IMG/VR virus record: IMGVR_UViG_3300020471_000004
Coordinates: 1 to 64,000 of that record
DNA length: 64,000 nt
Reading direction: 5' to 3' (one strand)
The position numbers were made by a program, and so were the translations under genes. How positions within the stretch are numbered: position 1 is the stretch's first letter; every line of letters begins with the position of its first letter. The notes under the pieces were generated by a model. The model was not told the DNA's origin. It made no database searches and saw only the letters and a program-made list of their open reading frames with translations. Positions 37,127-47,557 of this stretch are shown here, piece after piece.

Positions 37127-39142
37127 CTAGATTCCATACTCTGATTTGAACTCGTCTAAGGTCATTACGGGAATACCTGCGTTTTCTGCTTTATCTACTT
37201 TACTTGATGTGTAAGCTTCATCTTTGATGACAAGAATAGTAGTATCAGATTTCATAGACTGAACTTTACCGCCTTGCTGTTCTATATAACGAGCAAGGTC
37301 TTTGTCTCTTACGCCAGTAAACGTTATTCGCTGTCCTTCAAACTCGTTCCCTTGTGCCTGTTCAGGTTCAGGTATAACTAGTTCTACGTTTAAATTACTA
37401 GCAAGTTTGAAAACACGCGGAAGACTTTTGGCAAATTCTCCAGCTAGCTTTTTGAAGCCTTTAATTTGCTCTATATCTTCTTGAACGTCCTCCACTTCGG
37501 CATCTTCCCAATAAAGTACATCGTCACCGTATTCGTCTACAATCTTTTGAACACGTTCTTTACCGAAACTAGGCATATAACCAGAAGCCACACAAAAATC
37601 AACAAAGGTTGGATCAGTCGTGACTTCACGTATGCGAGAAATAAAATCTCTAATAGACTTGTCTGCCCATCCGTCTACTCCTTTTAGGTCACGCGGTTTT
37701 ATTCGCATTACTTTTCGGGGAGTATTATAACCTAGTGCAATAAGCTTTTCGAAAGTGCTTTGTTTGAATCCTTCAAGACCTAGCGTTACAAAAAAGTGTG
37801 TAAGTTTCTTGGCGCGAGACTCTCCGCCTTTACTTGTAGATACTGCGTGTACTCCTTTTACCTTGTAGGGAAACGGAGGTTCAGCAGCTTTACGTGCAGG
37901 TTTAACAACTTCTACAATATAAGGTATAACACCGCCTGAACGAACAACTTTTATTTGAGCACCTACGTTAATGGGTTTCTGGTCTAGATTCTTTTTAGCA
38001 TCTGCTTTCTTGAAACCGTTCTGTATATAAAATAAAGAGTGTGCCAAGAAGTTTGATACCGTAACACCACCTAACCTAATAGGGTCAATGCTGATAGTAG
38101 GTACTATAATATTGTTCCGAGATATTTCCCAATCAACAGATTTGACTGGAACTACTTTCATTGCAGCCTCAGAGTTTTCTTTAAAGGCAGCAGCATGTTT
38201 AGCATAAGACTTTTGAGGAGTATAAGCCACGTCTTTGGCAACTATAATACCATCTATCTCATAAGAAGAATTTTCAATGCGGTTGTTGTATATCTGACTT
38301 AAAGAGTTGCTAGGGTCATCTGCAATAAAGTTATCAGTGGTAATATGCCATACCGTAGTAAACTTTAGCTTTTTAAGAAGTTGCAGTTGCTTAGAGATAG
38401 GTCCACCTGCTGTTCTACCTTGTTGAACTTCATAGAAAACAACGTCAATATCTCGCATGTGTCGTTGGTACTGCTTGAAGTCTTTAGAGCCTGCCAACTT
38501 GTTAAGTACTCCACCTGCCATGTTACGCGCAGCCTTGAAAGTACCTTCGGTGTTCTTAGTCTTGTCGTGCTTTGTGTCAAAAGTAGATGTTTTAACGATA
38601 GCCTCAGCCCGGGCTATGAACCGAGTTTTAATTGGTATCCTTTTAGGTATGCGAAGATAAGGGATCCAATGTGATACGTCTTGACCTACAGTACCGTCAC
38701 CTCTGGTTGCTGCTTGAACACATACGCCCTTTTCATATACAACTTGCAAGCTAATACCGTCTAGCTTATCCATTATAGTGTAAGCAGACTCGGGGTCTAA
38801 GAATTTAGCAAGTGCCTTGGTATTAGGCTTTATCTTGGTCATGCTAGGCATATAGACAGGAAGTTTAACTTCGATTCTGCCTTTAGAAACAGCCGCACCT
38901 ACTTGTTTCCATATCTTGTTTCTAGGCTGCATATCTTTGACAATATCTTCGATAACATCATAATGGCTATCAGGTAGCAGCTCTTTAGAGTTAGTGTAGT
39001 ACTCTCTTAGTACTTGGATCACTTCTATTTGCTTTCTTTTAGGCAAGTCTTCTACTGATTCTGGCTCTGCCAAGAGTTGGCTAATGGTTCGTTTTAGGTC
39101 AGCGTTCAACTTACTTCGAGCAATTCGGGATCTATAGTTCAT
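37127..39142 (-). CDS. ligA: NAD+-dependent DNA ligase
   Basis: YY..D..YD (domain Ia), KLDG, TRGDG, RNMAGG, IDGII, OB-fold VRSG.VIP, HhH, C-terminal BRCT (ITFTG); no Cys4 zinc finger. Confidence 0.93.
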   Translation of the reverse strand: MNYRSRIARSKLNADLKRTISQLLAEPESVEDLPKRKQIEVIQVLREYYTNSKELLPDSHYDVIEDIVKDMQPRNKIWKQVGAAVSKGRIEVKLPVYMPSMTKIKPNTKALAKFLDPESAYTIMDKLDGISLQVVYEKGVCVQAATRGDGTVGQDVSHWIPYLRIPKRIPIKTRFIARAEAIVKTSTFDTKHDKTKNTEGTFKAARNMAGGVLNKLAGSKDFKQYQRHMRDIDVVFYEVQQGRTAGGPISKQLQLLKKLKFTTVWHITTDNFIADDPSNSLSQIYNNRIENSSYEIDGIIVAKDVAYTPQKSYAKHAAAFKENSEAAMKVVPVKSVDWEISRNNIIVPTISIDPIRLGGVTVSNFLAHSLFYIQNGFKKADAKKNLDQKPINVGAQIKVVRSGGVIPYIVEVVKPARKAAEPPFPYKVKGVHAVSTSKGGESRAKKLTHFFVTLGLEGFKQSTFEKLIALGYNTPRKVMRIKPRDLKGVDGWADKSIRDFISRIREVTTDPTFVDFCVASGYMPSFGKERVQKIVDEYGDDVLYWEDAEVEDVQEDIEQIKGFKKLAGEFAKSLPRVFKLASNLNVELVIPEPEQAQGNEFEGQRITFTGVRDKDLARYIEQQGGKVQSMKSDTTILVIKDEAYTSSKVDKAENAGIPVMTLDEFKSEYGI

Positions 39143-39582
39143 TTTATTATTAAACCTATTGAAATCTTTTCAGGAGCATACGCAAATAAAACATCGAACA
39201 TCCCTGATACAGAGTTATAAAGAACCTCTACATAAGATACTTCTCGGTCGTCACCTGAGTATTCCTCTATCTGAAAAACAGGCAAAAGGTCAGAGACAGT
39301 AACAGGTTGTCCAGTCAGGCAGAAGCGTACTCTGCCGTTAACGTCTTTTTTGGTTACTTCTACATCAGGCTTTCTTTTTAGCAAAGCGCTCCAATCTAAA
39401 ACTTGTGTAAGAACAGGTACAGGTTCACTAGTAGACAAGGTAGGCTCCTTAACAGCTATAAGATCATCTTTGTCGTAAAATCCTACAATGTATTGAGTTT
39501 CCTCAGGCTTCTGAGCTTTGCATAACACACCATTTTTATAGACCAGCGCGTCTCCAGGTCTTATATCTAAATCAACCATCAT
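39139..39582 (-). CDS. hypothetical protein
   Basis: 147 aa, packed between neighbours. Confidence 0.65.
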   Translation of the reverse strand: MMVDLDIRPGDALVYKNGVLCKAQKPEETQYIVGFYDKDDLIAVKEPTLSTSEPVPVLTQVLDWSALLKRKPDVEVTKKDVNGRVRFCLTGQPVTVSDLLPVFQIEEYSGDDREVSYVEVLYNSVSGMFDVLFAYAPEKISIGLIIK

Positions 39583-39583
39583 T

Positions 39584-39913
39584 CTACGCTAGTTGGATTA
39601 TTACGTAAGACTCTGCCTTTGCTTGGTCATACACGACATTGAGTACAGGTCGTGTCAAGGCAGTTTGGGAATAGCCTACAAGGTCTTTACCTATTGCTTC
39701 AAGCACTTGCTTATAAATAGGCTTTTGCTCTACATTAGAAAAATCCCAAGTAGTCTTTGAATTCTCTGTAGTTACCTTCGGATAAAGTTTTTCATCTACT
39801 GCACCTTCATCCAAAGCTGCCTGTACTTGGTCTAAGCAGGATGCAACATCAGTACCTGTAGTAATATCGGCATCACAAGAGCCTGATATAATACTGTTTA
39901 AGTCTAAATTCAT
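39584..39913 (-). CDS. hypothetical protein, possibly tagged
   Basis: Start MNLDLNSIISGS at 39913 has a GAGGA SD. Confidence 0.6.
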   Translation of the reverse strand: MNLDLNSIISGSCDADITTGTDVASCLDQVQAALDEGAVDEKLYPKVTTENSKTTWDFSNVEQKPIYKQVLEAIGKDLVGYSQTALTRPVLNVVYDQAKAESYVIIQLA

Positions 39914-39946
39914 AGAATATCCTCTTTGTTGCATCCTATTTACAGT

Positions 39947-40582
39947 TTAGTAAGGCAAACCTGCTAAACTTCTACCAGTAATGAACTTGTAGAATTCTTT
40001 AGATGGAGGTACGCCTGCACGTAGGTAAGTTCTAACGCCTTGCGGCCAGCGCCATTTATCTAAAGAGTATTCTCCTGAACCTGCATTGCCTCCTGTCCAG
40101 CGATTGTGGGCATCACCTTTATTACGGGTTAAGCGAGCTTCTTTTTGCTTTAAAGTAAGCTGACGTAAGAAATCTGCTTTGTCGTAGCCTCTAACATCCA
40201 TTGCAACAGGGAAAGGCAGTTTACCTCTTGCAGAAATCGAAGGTCTCCAGTACCCGAAGACTTTTCTAGGGAACGCTTTGCCTGCATTAAGCTCTTTAAA
40301 CAGTGCTTTACTGTGCGTACCAGGCTTACGTGCAAGTTTTATTGAAGCAGAATCATCTTTTAGCTTCTGGGCTTTGGCTTTACCTACAGCCTTCTTCGGT
40401 TTAAACTTGACTGTTATCTGCACTTCACCACCAAGGTTGTAACCTACCTTAAAGTTCTTGGCAGTTAAGGAACGTGGAAGCTCTGTTTTGTCACCTAATG
40501 CCTCAAGCAACGTAGTTTGAAACTGTTCTGTGCTTTTGGCTATTTTGTCTACAGCACTATTGGATTGTAATTGTACCTTCAT
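39947..40582 (-). CDS. basic protein, tagged putative head cargo
   Basis: MKVQLQSNSA; C-terminal GSGEY..WRWPQG..Y..VPPSKEFYKFI domain. Confidence 0.7.
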   Translation of the reverse strand: MKVQLQSNSAVDKIAKSTEQFQTTLLEALGDKTELPRSLTAKNFKVGYNLGGEVQITVKFKPKKAVGKAKAQKLKDDSASIKLARKPGTHSKALFKELNAGKAFPRKVFGYWRPSISARGKLPFPVAMDVRGYDKADFLRQLTLKQKEARLTRNKGDAHNRWTGGNAGSGEYSLDKWRWPQGVRTYLRAGVPPSKEFYKFITGRSLAGLPY

Positions 40583-40584
40583 AC

Positions 40585-42285
40585 CTAACTCGCAATTGGT
40601 TCATTTGACTTATCGTACATATCACGTTTGTTGTAATACTCGGTAAATTCTTTAGGGTTAAGTTTACGCAAACGTTTAGCTTGCTGCTCTATTGTTGCTT
40701 TTTTCCGAGTATCGAATCGGATAGTCTGGTAGTTACCATCATCGGCGCCTATGTCATAGACTTTGTATACTGTGATATTCTCGTTCTTTTTAAGAGGATA
40801 AATATCTAAGATAACAAACTCTCTTTTTTCAGTTTCGTCTTTATCAAACTGAATAACATCGCCTTCTTCAAACGGTTCCTCTTTTTCAGGTTCTTGTTCA
40901 TCCGAATCTTCCTCTGATTCCTCTTGGTCGTCTTCATCTTCGGATTCCTCCTCAGTTTCTTCCTCAAGGTCGTCTTCGTAATCTTCGTCATCCTCGTCAT
41001 AGTCAGCAGAGTCTAAAGCTTCTTCTTGTTCAGCTTCTTCGTTTGCTTCTTCATAGGTAAGGTCTTCTTCGTCCTCATCCTCTTCATCAATGTCGAGTTC
41101 ATCTTCTTCATCGAGGTCATCTAGATCTAGGTCATCGTCTTCGTCATCGTCTTTTGCGATTTGGACAGAACGACCTTTCCTCCGAGCTTCTTCCAGTTCT
41201 TCATCAAATATCTCTTCTACTGCTTTGGTATCAGCCTCAGGATCTACAATCTCATCTTCTTCTACCTCAGCATCCTGGTCCTCGTCATCTAAGTCAACGT
41301 CATCGATAGTATCAACGTCAATATCAAAATCGTCATCTTCCTCTAGATCAATGTTATTGAACTTACGAGCAGCAGGAGTTTTTTGTTCCATTTGATCACG
41401 TAAATACTCTTCAGGATTCTTCAAGTCTACAGGAGCATAGTCTTTAGGAACAGTAGGTTCTTGTTCAAGAACTTCACGTATTCTGCGTTTTTCTTCTTCA
41501 CGTTCTTTGCGTAGGCGTTCCTTTTCTTTCTCGATTGCCTGACGTTTTTCTTCGCGTTGCTTTTCTCTAAGAGCTTTAGCTTGTTCACGTTGCTTGGCTT
41601 TAGCACTTGATACTTTGCGTTGTTGCTCTTGTGCAATTTCTTCAAGGGTTACTTTACCTCTTAACCAATTTGCACGAGGCAAAATAGCACTTGCTTCTAC
41701 CATAGCATCGTAGGTATCTGAAGGTATATTCCAAAAAGAACCGTCATCGAATACAACTACACCACCTCGGGCTTGTTTCATAAAGCGAAGACCGAACTTT
41801 GTACCTTTAGGAATTTCAAAGCCTTTCTTGCTGGTCTTGTTGTACTTGAACCTAGTATCTTTGAGTTTACGCCATTGGTAATTACTGAAATCAACTCCGT
41901 TCTTAGACTCTTGTTTGACTTTGTTTTGAGGCTTAAACCTCTGAGCCATATAGTCCACAGATTTAGGAACGTTAATTCGTATAGCGCGTTGTCTGCCTCC
42001 GCCTCTCTTGTCTTGAATAGGAGGCATACGGCGTTTTTTCTTAGAGCGTTCTTCTAAGTAATTCAAGTCGCGCTCGTCAATAGTATGCGCGTAATTGTAA
42101 GTATCAGGAAAAATAAGATAGAACTTATTACCTCTAATAGGTTTAATTCCGAATACAGCACCCCGTTCTACACGAGGCGCCTTTTTGTTGCTTACTAGAG
42201 TTCTAGCTCTAGGGCCGTTGTATTCGTACCACTTGTAATTAGGTAAATCACTAAAAACAACAGTAGCACTTTCTGATATTAGCAT
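40585..42285 (-). CDS. bipolar basic/acidic protein, tagged putative head/core protein
   Basis: MLISESA; two copies of the shared beta domain, coiled coil, long D/E tract. Confidence 0.7.
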   Translation of the reverse strand: MLISESATVVFSDLPNYKWYEYNGPRARTLVSNKKAPRVERGAVFGIKPIRGNKFYLIFPDTYNYAHTIDERDLNYLEERSKKKRRMPPIQDKRGGGRQRAIRINVPKSVDYMAQRFKPQNKVKQESKNGVDFSNYQWRKLKDTRFKYNKTSKKGFEIPKGTKFGLRFMKQARGGVVVFDDGSFWNIPSDTYDAMVEASAILPRANWLRGKVTLEEIAQEQQRKVSSAKAKQREQAKALREKQREEKRQAIEKEKERLRKEREEEKRRIREVLEQEPTVPKDYAPVDLKNPEEYLRDQMEQKTPAARKFNNIDLEEDDDFDIDVDTIDDVDLDDEDQDAEVEEDEIVDPEADTKAVEEIFDEELEEARRKGRSVQIAKDDDEDDDLDLDDLDEEDELDIDEEDEDEEDLTYEEANEEAEQEEALDSADYDEDDEDYEDDLEEETEEESEDEDDQEESEEDSDEQEPEKEEPFEEGDVIQFDKDETEKREFVILDIYPLKKNENITVYKVYDIGADDGNYQTIRFDTRKKATIEQQAKRLRKLNPKEFTEYYNKRDMYDKSNEPIAS

Positions 42286-42294
42286 AAGTGATCC

Positions 42295-45200
42295 TTAACC
42301 ACCTTGGATATAACCTGTACTTGGACAACCGTAACATGCATTAACACACGGTAATTTTTGTGACCAAATCCAACACCCAGGAGAAATTTCAGCAGGCTTA
42401 ACTACAACCAAATGTAATCCCCATACCTGTGTAGCGTTTTCAATAGCAGCTTGTTCGGATTCAAAGTAACCGTTATCTAAGCAAGCCTCGTTTCCTAGCT
42501 CAACACAATCCGATTCGTTAATAACAACTGTTTTAGATCCTAAGCTAGAGAAACTAAAGGTATCTAACGAAACAAAATTAGGTGCGTAAGTAGAGACTTC
42601 TTGGTGTACCAGTCTGTCTGATATTAAATTACTTGTTTCTGTTCTATATTCATTAGGGCTTGTTACCTTAACAGTATACGACAGGGTATAGTCAATATCA
42701 AAGTAAAGGTCTTTCACCAATCGCATTGGCTCTATTTGTTCGTAGTGAGAATACTTAGAAGTGTTTACCTTTAACCAAAAGTCAGTAGCGTTGACACTTC
42801 TGTGGTGCTTAACCCATTCACGGTCTATATTAGTGACTAGGTTAGAGTATTCTTTTTCAAACTCTCGGTCAATAGTAACAGAGTTGATTTCTTTTTTCTT
42901 GATAAACCCACTATATAAAACTTCATTATAGGTTGCCTGGGACTTTTCAAAGTCTTGAATGAACCACTTACCTATATCATAGTAGCTTCGGTCGTATTCA
43001 TATTTAACAAAGCCGTTGTCAGGATAAACATAGTAACCGAAAGCTCCTTCAGTCTCGTAGAAAGAGTAACCATAACGGTCTGCTTCTGTACCGAAAGTAG
43101 GTTGTTCAAACTCGTTACGTGTATATTCCCATTCAGGCTCAACTACGTGTGAAGGGTTGGCAGACTTGGCATACTCAAACTCTTGTGAGGCTACGTTCAA
43201 CGTTCCTGACTTTTGCGCCTTTGGTTCTTGATGTATTTGACGAATACCGCTATTAGACTTACCATATCCAAAAACACTATTACTAACAATAGAGGAAATA
43301 GGATTATAGATATGACCAGGACTTTGAACACCAGTACCATCAGAAAAATAATATTTAATATAATCCCGCTCTGTCTCGGATACTCTTGGGCTGTTAGCTT
43401 TCGAGTAGGCTTGATCAAACATTTGCGCAACATAACAGTTCGCCTGTTCAGGTATTGGTGAACCTGTAGTAAACAAGTTAACTACGTTTCCTAAAGTTTC
43501 AGATTCTCGGTCTAGGGAAATGTCTACAGCATTGTTTTTGGCTATATCAGTTCCTTGACGCAACACATAAACTTGCGCAGCCTCTACAAGTTCTACAGGG
43601 CCTCTTGCAACTACAGGCACTAAGTCTCTTGCTTTTATAGCCTGGTCTACAGAAATAGATTGTATAGTCCACGCACCTTTAGATATGCCGGAGGTGACCA
43701 AGTGGCCAGTTGTCGAACCGTAAGGACCTAGTGCGTACCCTTCTAGGAAGATCTGCGACTGACCTTTTACCTTTATAGGAGTTCGTGAACGTAATACCCC
43801 TCTGTAATTCAAGTTGCCTAAAAGTTCAGGAGCCATAACTCCGTCAACATAAGCTACTGTGTTTCTAGGTATACTAATCTCTATTGTATAAGTAGAGCCT
43901 ACAGTATCGAGGTCAACTACGTCTGACCTAACACGATCACCTAAAGTGAGACCAGACATAACACCGAAGTTTAAAGGTACTTGGTTTATACCAGGTAATG
44001 TAGTAACTATCCAAGTAACCGAAATACCGCACATTGCTAAAACTATTTGATGCTCAGTAGCAAATACAGGTTGAGTAGTTAATGCAAGGCTAACCGAGTC
44101 ACCGTCATTAATAGTGGCGTTTAGACCTGCGTCTTGACCGTTGATTATCAATCTAGCTGAGTAATCGTTGTTGATTTGTGCATAAACTGGATCGGCAGTA
44201 CTTACCACAATAGGTTCAGATATAAATTCTTTGCCTAGCTCGGCATAGTTAAGATCTACAAAATCAGCACTGTAGGAAGGAGCTTCAAAGTCAGGTTCAC
44301 TACTTTTAGTAGCAATAGACCATGTGCTATCAAACAAGTTACCCCAAGTGACAGTAGCAAAAGAGGTAGCACAGTACTCAGCCTCGCTTACTGATGCAAG
44401 ATAAACTTGATCGCCGTTAGACACGCTGGTAGATGTGCCTACGTCTTCACCGTTTTTATAAATAATTGCCCCTTCGGTTACTTCCATTGTACAAGAGTCT
44501 ATCTCAAGACCTTGAATGTCGATAACGTTTGAAACGTAACCAGTGTCAGGTTCAGCATCGTAGATAGGAATCCACGTAGTTTCAAAAGGAATAAGTCTTT
44601 TGAGTTCAGGAGTGGCAGCAAAAGAGTAAACGCTTTGTCCTAAAACAAAGTTTACGTTTCGAGCTTTACCTCCTTGCAAAGATACCTCAAAGCTGAACTC
44701 TTGATCAGGGTAGATTGTTTTTCCTACTGACCAGCCTTCATCGTTGACCCAGACACTTACACTAACATCATCATCGTCAGGATACAAGTACAATACAACA
44801 GGCTCTCTTACGCCAGTCAGAGTATAAGAAGGGCTTTGCTTAGATCCGCTTACAGGTATATCTGTTACCGAATGGTACTCTTGGGCATCAGGGTCATTAT
44901 CTGATAAAATAAGACGTTCATCAATATCTGGATATAAAGAACTTGCTATTATCTTAGTACCAGCAGGGTTCACATGCATTTCATAAACGTGAGAGTCTAG
45001 AGCTATCTTACCTTCATACCTAAGATCTGTATTGTAGAAAACTATCTCTTTATTTACTATGTCACTTGCATATAAAAGATTTTCTGCACGATTAAAGCTT
45101 AGTGCATCTAAGTACCCTGTACTAAAGTAGAACTTGTTTGCAACTACAGAGTGTCCGTTTTCGAAATCAACTTTTACTTTAGATAATCTACGTTCGTGCC

Positions 45201-46173
45201 TGTGCGAGATAAAAATGTTAGCACCTACCGAGTCGTAGTAAAGGCTTGAAGCAAAAGCTGGAACACTTAGCGTTTGGGTTATGGTTGCGTCTGCAACAAA
45301 AACCAAAGACGTTTCTGTAAGAACCACACATTCGGTACCTACAGTGTACAACCTGTGAGGCTTTGTAGCAGTGGAAAATGTTTCAGTGCTTGAAACAGAA
45401 CCATCATCGTTTATAGTAGCAACTGTGATAGTGTTTGAGTTTTTATGTGCAATATAAAGTTTGTTTAGCACTGAGGTTAAAGCAATAGGTTCAGGTATAT
45501 CAATACTTCCAATTTCGGTATACGCATTGGTATAAAAAACAACTTTATTGCTATCTAGGAAGGCGAAAGCAGAAAAGATACGTCTTGAACTTAAGGCTGA
45601 GAAAACAGTTACGGAATCTACAGGCCCTTGATAGTCAGGTAAAAACCTACCTATAAAGTCACCTTCGAAATTAAAAACACTTATGTAGTGCAGGTATCTG
45701 TCTAATACATGAATTCGGTTTCTTAATATAGATTCATCATTTGTATCTATATTTTTGTCCACTAAAGGGACTTGAGTAACTACATCAGAATCTATTACAG
45801 TAACAGAGCCGTTGTCACTTGCTGTCCATGTAGATTCAGGGAGAACTTCCCAGGCGTATTTACCGTTTAGAGCATCGTTGTACTCAAAGGTTTCGGTGGG
45901 TTTATTGATAAGGACAAATGTGCCTTCTAACACGTTGTCTTGAAAAAGCTGAATAAATCTAGGTACACCTGCTTGGCTAGAAGAAGTGGCCTTTATTTGT
46001 AAAGTATCTCCTAAAAGAGCATTTGTCGAAGAGCCTCGGTCAACTCCGTTTATTAATATTGAGCCGTTAGCTACGCTTAAAGACACAAGGCTTTCAGCTA
46101 TAATTGAAATAGGTTGACTTATTTCCTGTGTGTTTGGGTCTAGACCTGACTTGTAACCAAGATCGTATAACAT
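42295..46173 (-). CDS. large virion protein (beta-propeller plus Ig-like repeats), putative tail fibre/baseplate
   Basis: 1292 aa; propeller-like N-terminal half, repeated ING..G..GD.V.L units, Cys-rich C-terminus. Confidence 0.6.
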   Translation of the reverse strand: MLYDLGYKSGLDPNTQEISQPISIIAESLVSLSVANGSILINGVDRGSSTNALLGDTLQIKATSSSQAGVPRFIQLFQDNVLEGTFVLINKPTETFEYNDALNGKYAWEVLPESTWTASDNGSVTVIDSDVVTQVPLVDKNIDTNDESILRNRIHVLDRYLHYISVFNFEGDFIGRFLPDYQGPVDSVTVFSALSSRRIFSAFAFLDSNKVVFYTNAYTEIGSIDIPEPIALTSVLNKLYIAHKNSNTITVATINDDGSVSSTETFSTATKPHRLYTVGTECVVLTETSLVFVADATITQTLSVPAFASSLYYDSVGANIFISHRHERRLSKVKVDFENGHSVVANKFYFSTGYLDALSFNRAENLLYASDIVNKEIVFYNTDLRYEGKIALDSHVYEMHVNPAGTKIIASSLYPDIDERLILSDNDPDAQEYHSVTDIPVSGSKQSPSYTLTGVREPVVLYLYPDDDDVSVSVWVNDEGWSVGKTIYPDQEFSFEVSLQGGKARNVNFVLGQSVYSFAATPELKRLIPFETTWIPIYDAEPDTGYVSNVIDIQGLEIDSCTMEVTEGAIIYKNGEDVGTSTSVSNGDQVYLASVSEAEYCATSFATVTWGNLFDSTWSIATKSSEPDFEAPSYSADFVDLNYAELGKEFISEPIVVSTADPVYAQINNDYSARLIINGQDAGLNATINDGDSVSLALTTQPVFATEHQIVLAMCGISVTWIVTTLPGINQVPLNFGVMSGLTLGDRVRSDVVDLDTVGSTYTIEISIPRNTVAYVDGVMAPELLGNLNYRGVLRSRTPIKVKGQSQIFLEGYALGPYGSTTGHLVTSGISKGAWTIQSISVDQAIKARDLVPVVARGPVELVEAAQVYVLRQGTDIAKNNAVDISLDRESETLGNVVNLFTTGSPIPEQANCYVAQMFDQAYSKANSPRVSETERDYIKYYFSDGTGVQSPGHIYNPISSIVSNSVFGYGKSNSGIRQIHQEPKAQKSGTLNVASQEFEYAKSANPSHVVEPEWEYTRNEFEQPTFGTEADRYGYSFYETEGAFGYYVYPDNGFVKYEYDRSYYDIGKWFIQDFEKSQATYNEVLYSGFIKKKEINSVTIDREFEKEYSNLVTNIDREWVKHHRSVNATDFWLKVNTSKYSHYEQIEPMRLVKDLYFDIDYTLSYTVKVTSPNEYRTETSNLISDRLVHQEVSTYAPNFVSLDTFSFSSLGSKTVVINESDCVELGNEACLDNGYFESEQAAIENATQVWGLHLVVVKPAEISPGCWIWSQKLPCVNACYGCPSTGYIQGG

Positions 46174-46508
46174 TATTCACCTACAATGCTAACTCTGCCG
46201 CATCGGATAACTTCTTTGATTGCATTACTTACAGCTATCGCTTTGTGTCTAGGCCCTAATATTTGGAAATCTCTATTATCGAATTTAGCTAAGTTTTCAG
46301 AGACAAACCTATACACTGCATTTCTTTTGGCAGCAGCAAAAGAATCAGAAGAAGTACTAACGTGCATTGAAAAATTTCGGTACTGTACTTTAATCCTAAA
46401 TATTTTAAATGTTTTTCTATCCCTAGGTATTTGTTGAGCCGTAAGCTTATACGACTTAGGTTTACAAAGAGGGCTCAGAGAACCCTCTTTATAGATAGAA
46501 GAAAACAT
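46173..46508 (-). CDS. small basic hypothetical protein
   Basis: 111 aa, TAATG-coupled to the next gene. Confidence 0.55.
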   Translation of the reverse strand: MFSSIYKEGSLSPLCKPKSYKLTAQQIPRDRKTFKIFRIKVQYRNFSMHVSTSSDSFAAAKRNAVYRFVSENLAKFDNRDFQILGPRHKAIAVSNAIKEVIRCGRVSIVGE

Positions 46509-46516
46509 AAAGACAC

Positions 46517-47557
46517 TTATCGCGCCACTGTTACGCCTACACCTTCTACCTGAAAGTAAATACGCATCCCTTTGTTATCAGGGTGGTTAGCATTTAGCGC
46601 ACGGTACTTTCTAGGCTGGGCTTCACCGTATACGTCAACTTCATGTGTTGCATATTGCGAAGTAACGTCTGCCGAAGCAAAAGCAATAATATCAATCTCT
46701 TGTGAGTAGCTGTACCGTTGAGTATTTAAGCCACGCAGGAAGTTGATAATGTATTTACCGTTCTCGTATATACTTGTCTGTTGAACAGAGTTCATAATAC
46801 GCGTAGAGTCGGGAGTATCTGTAGATGCCGATACAGGGAAAGTAGGCGCGTTAACATCTTTTTCTCGCACAACAAACTTCTGGATACCTAAAGGCTCAGG
46901 AGAGTTCAGGTCACTGCCGCCTCCGCCATTTTGAGAGAAGATACAAAATAAAGGTTCTTTTAAAGTAGTGTCTAAAGCACCTGTACTGTCAACCATACGC
47001 GAAATAGCAAACCATGCAAACTTATCACCCTCACCATCAAAAGACTCTGCCCACATGCAGAAAGCAATGCCGTGGTCGGTTACTGTAAGGAAATAACTAA
47101 GAGGTACAGACTCTTCATCGTTACCTGAGAAACCCCAGTTTTCATAAGAGAAAAAGTGATTTCTGTTTCCGCCTGTTAGAACTTGGCTGTCTTTAAACAT
47201 AAAGCCTGACTTAGAGACATTTGTGTTGTCACCGCTAGTTCTTGAAGTAGCCACAGTAACTGAACCCGAGTTACCCAGAATTAACTGAGTAGGAGTAAAC
47301 GCATAAAAGTCTAAACTATCGTCATCGTCATCAGCCTCTATATAAAGTAACCAAGGCTGATTACCTTCACCGCACAAAGGGTCTACATCAACTGTAGGTT
47401 GAAGCAAAATATTCTTGTGAGTAGAGGCTAAAGTTAAATCTGAATTTTGTTGGTCTACTGACAAAACAGTAAAGCCGTTTGCAGTTAGGTTTATAGCTAA
47501 GTCTGCTGCAAGTGCCTCGACACTTATAAAGTTATTCTTTTCTATTGTAAAACCCAT
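46517..47557 (-). CDS. virion structural protein, paralogue 5 of 5
   Basis: Shared DHG..WAESFD, PLFC.F, FVVRE.DV.APT, TQRY, SADV.SQ, N.GMR motifs. Confidence 0.75.
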   Translation of the reverse strand: MGFTIEKNNFISVEALAADLAINLTANGFTVLSVDQQNSDLTLASTHKNILLQPTVDVDPLCGEGNQPWLLYIEADDDDDSLDFYAFTPTQLILGNSGSVTVATSRTSGDNTNVSKSGFMFKDSQVLTGGNRNHFFSYENWGFSGNDEESVPLSYFLTVTDHGIAFCMWAESFDGEGDKFAWFAISRMVDSTGALDTTLKEPLFCIFSQNGGGGSDLNSPEPLGIQKFVVREKDVNAPTFPVSASTDTPDSTRIMNSVQQTSIYENGKYIINFLRGLNTQRYSYSQEIDIIAFASADVTSQYATHEVDVYGEAQPRKYRALNANHPDNKGMRIYFQVEGVGVTVAR

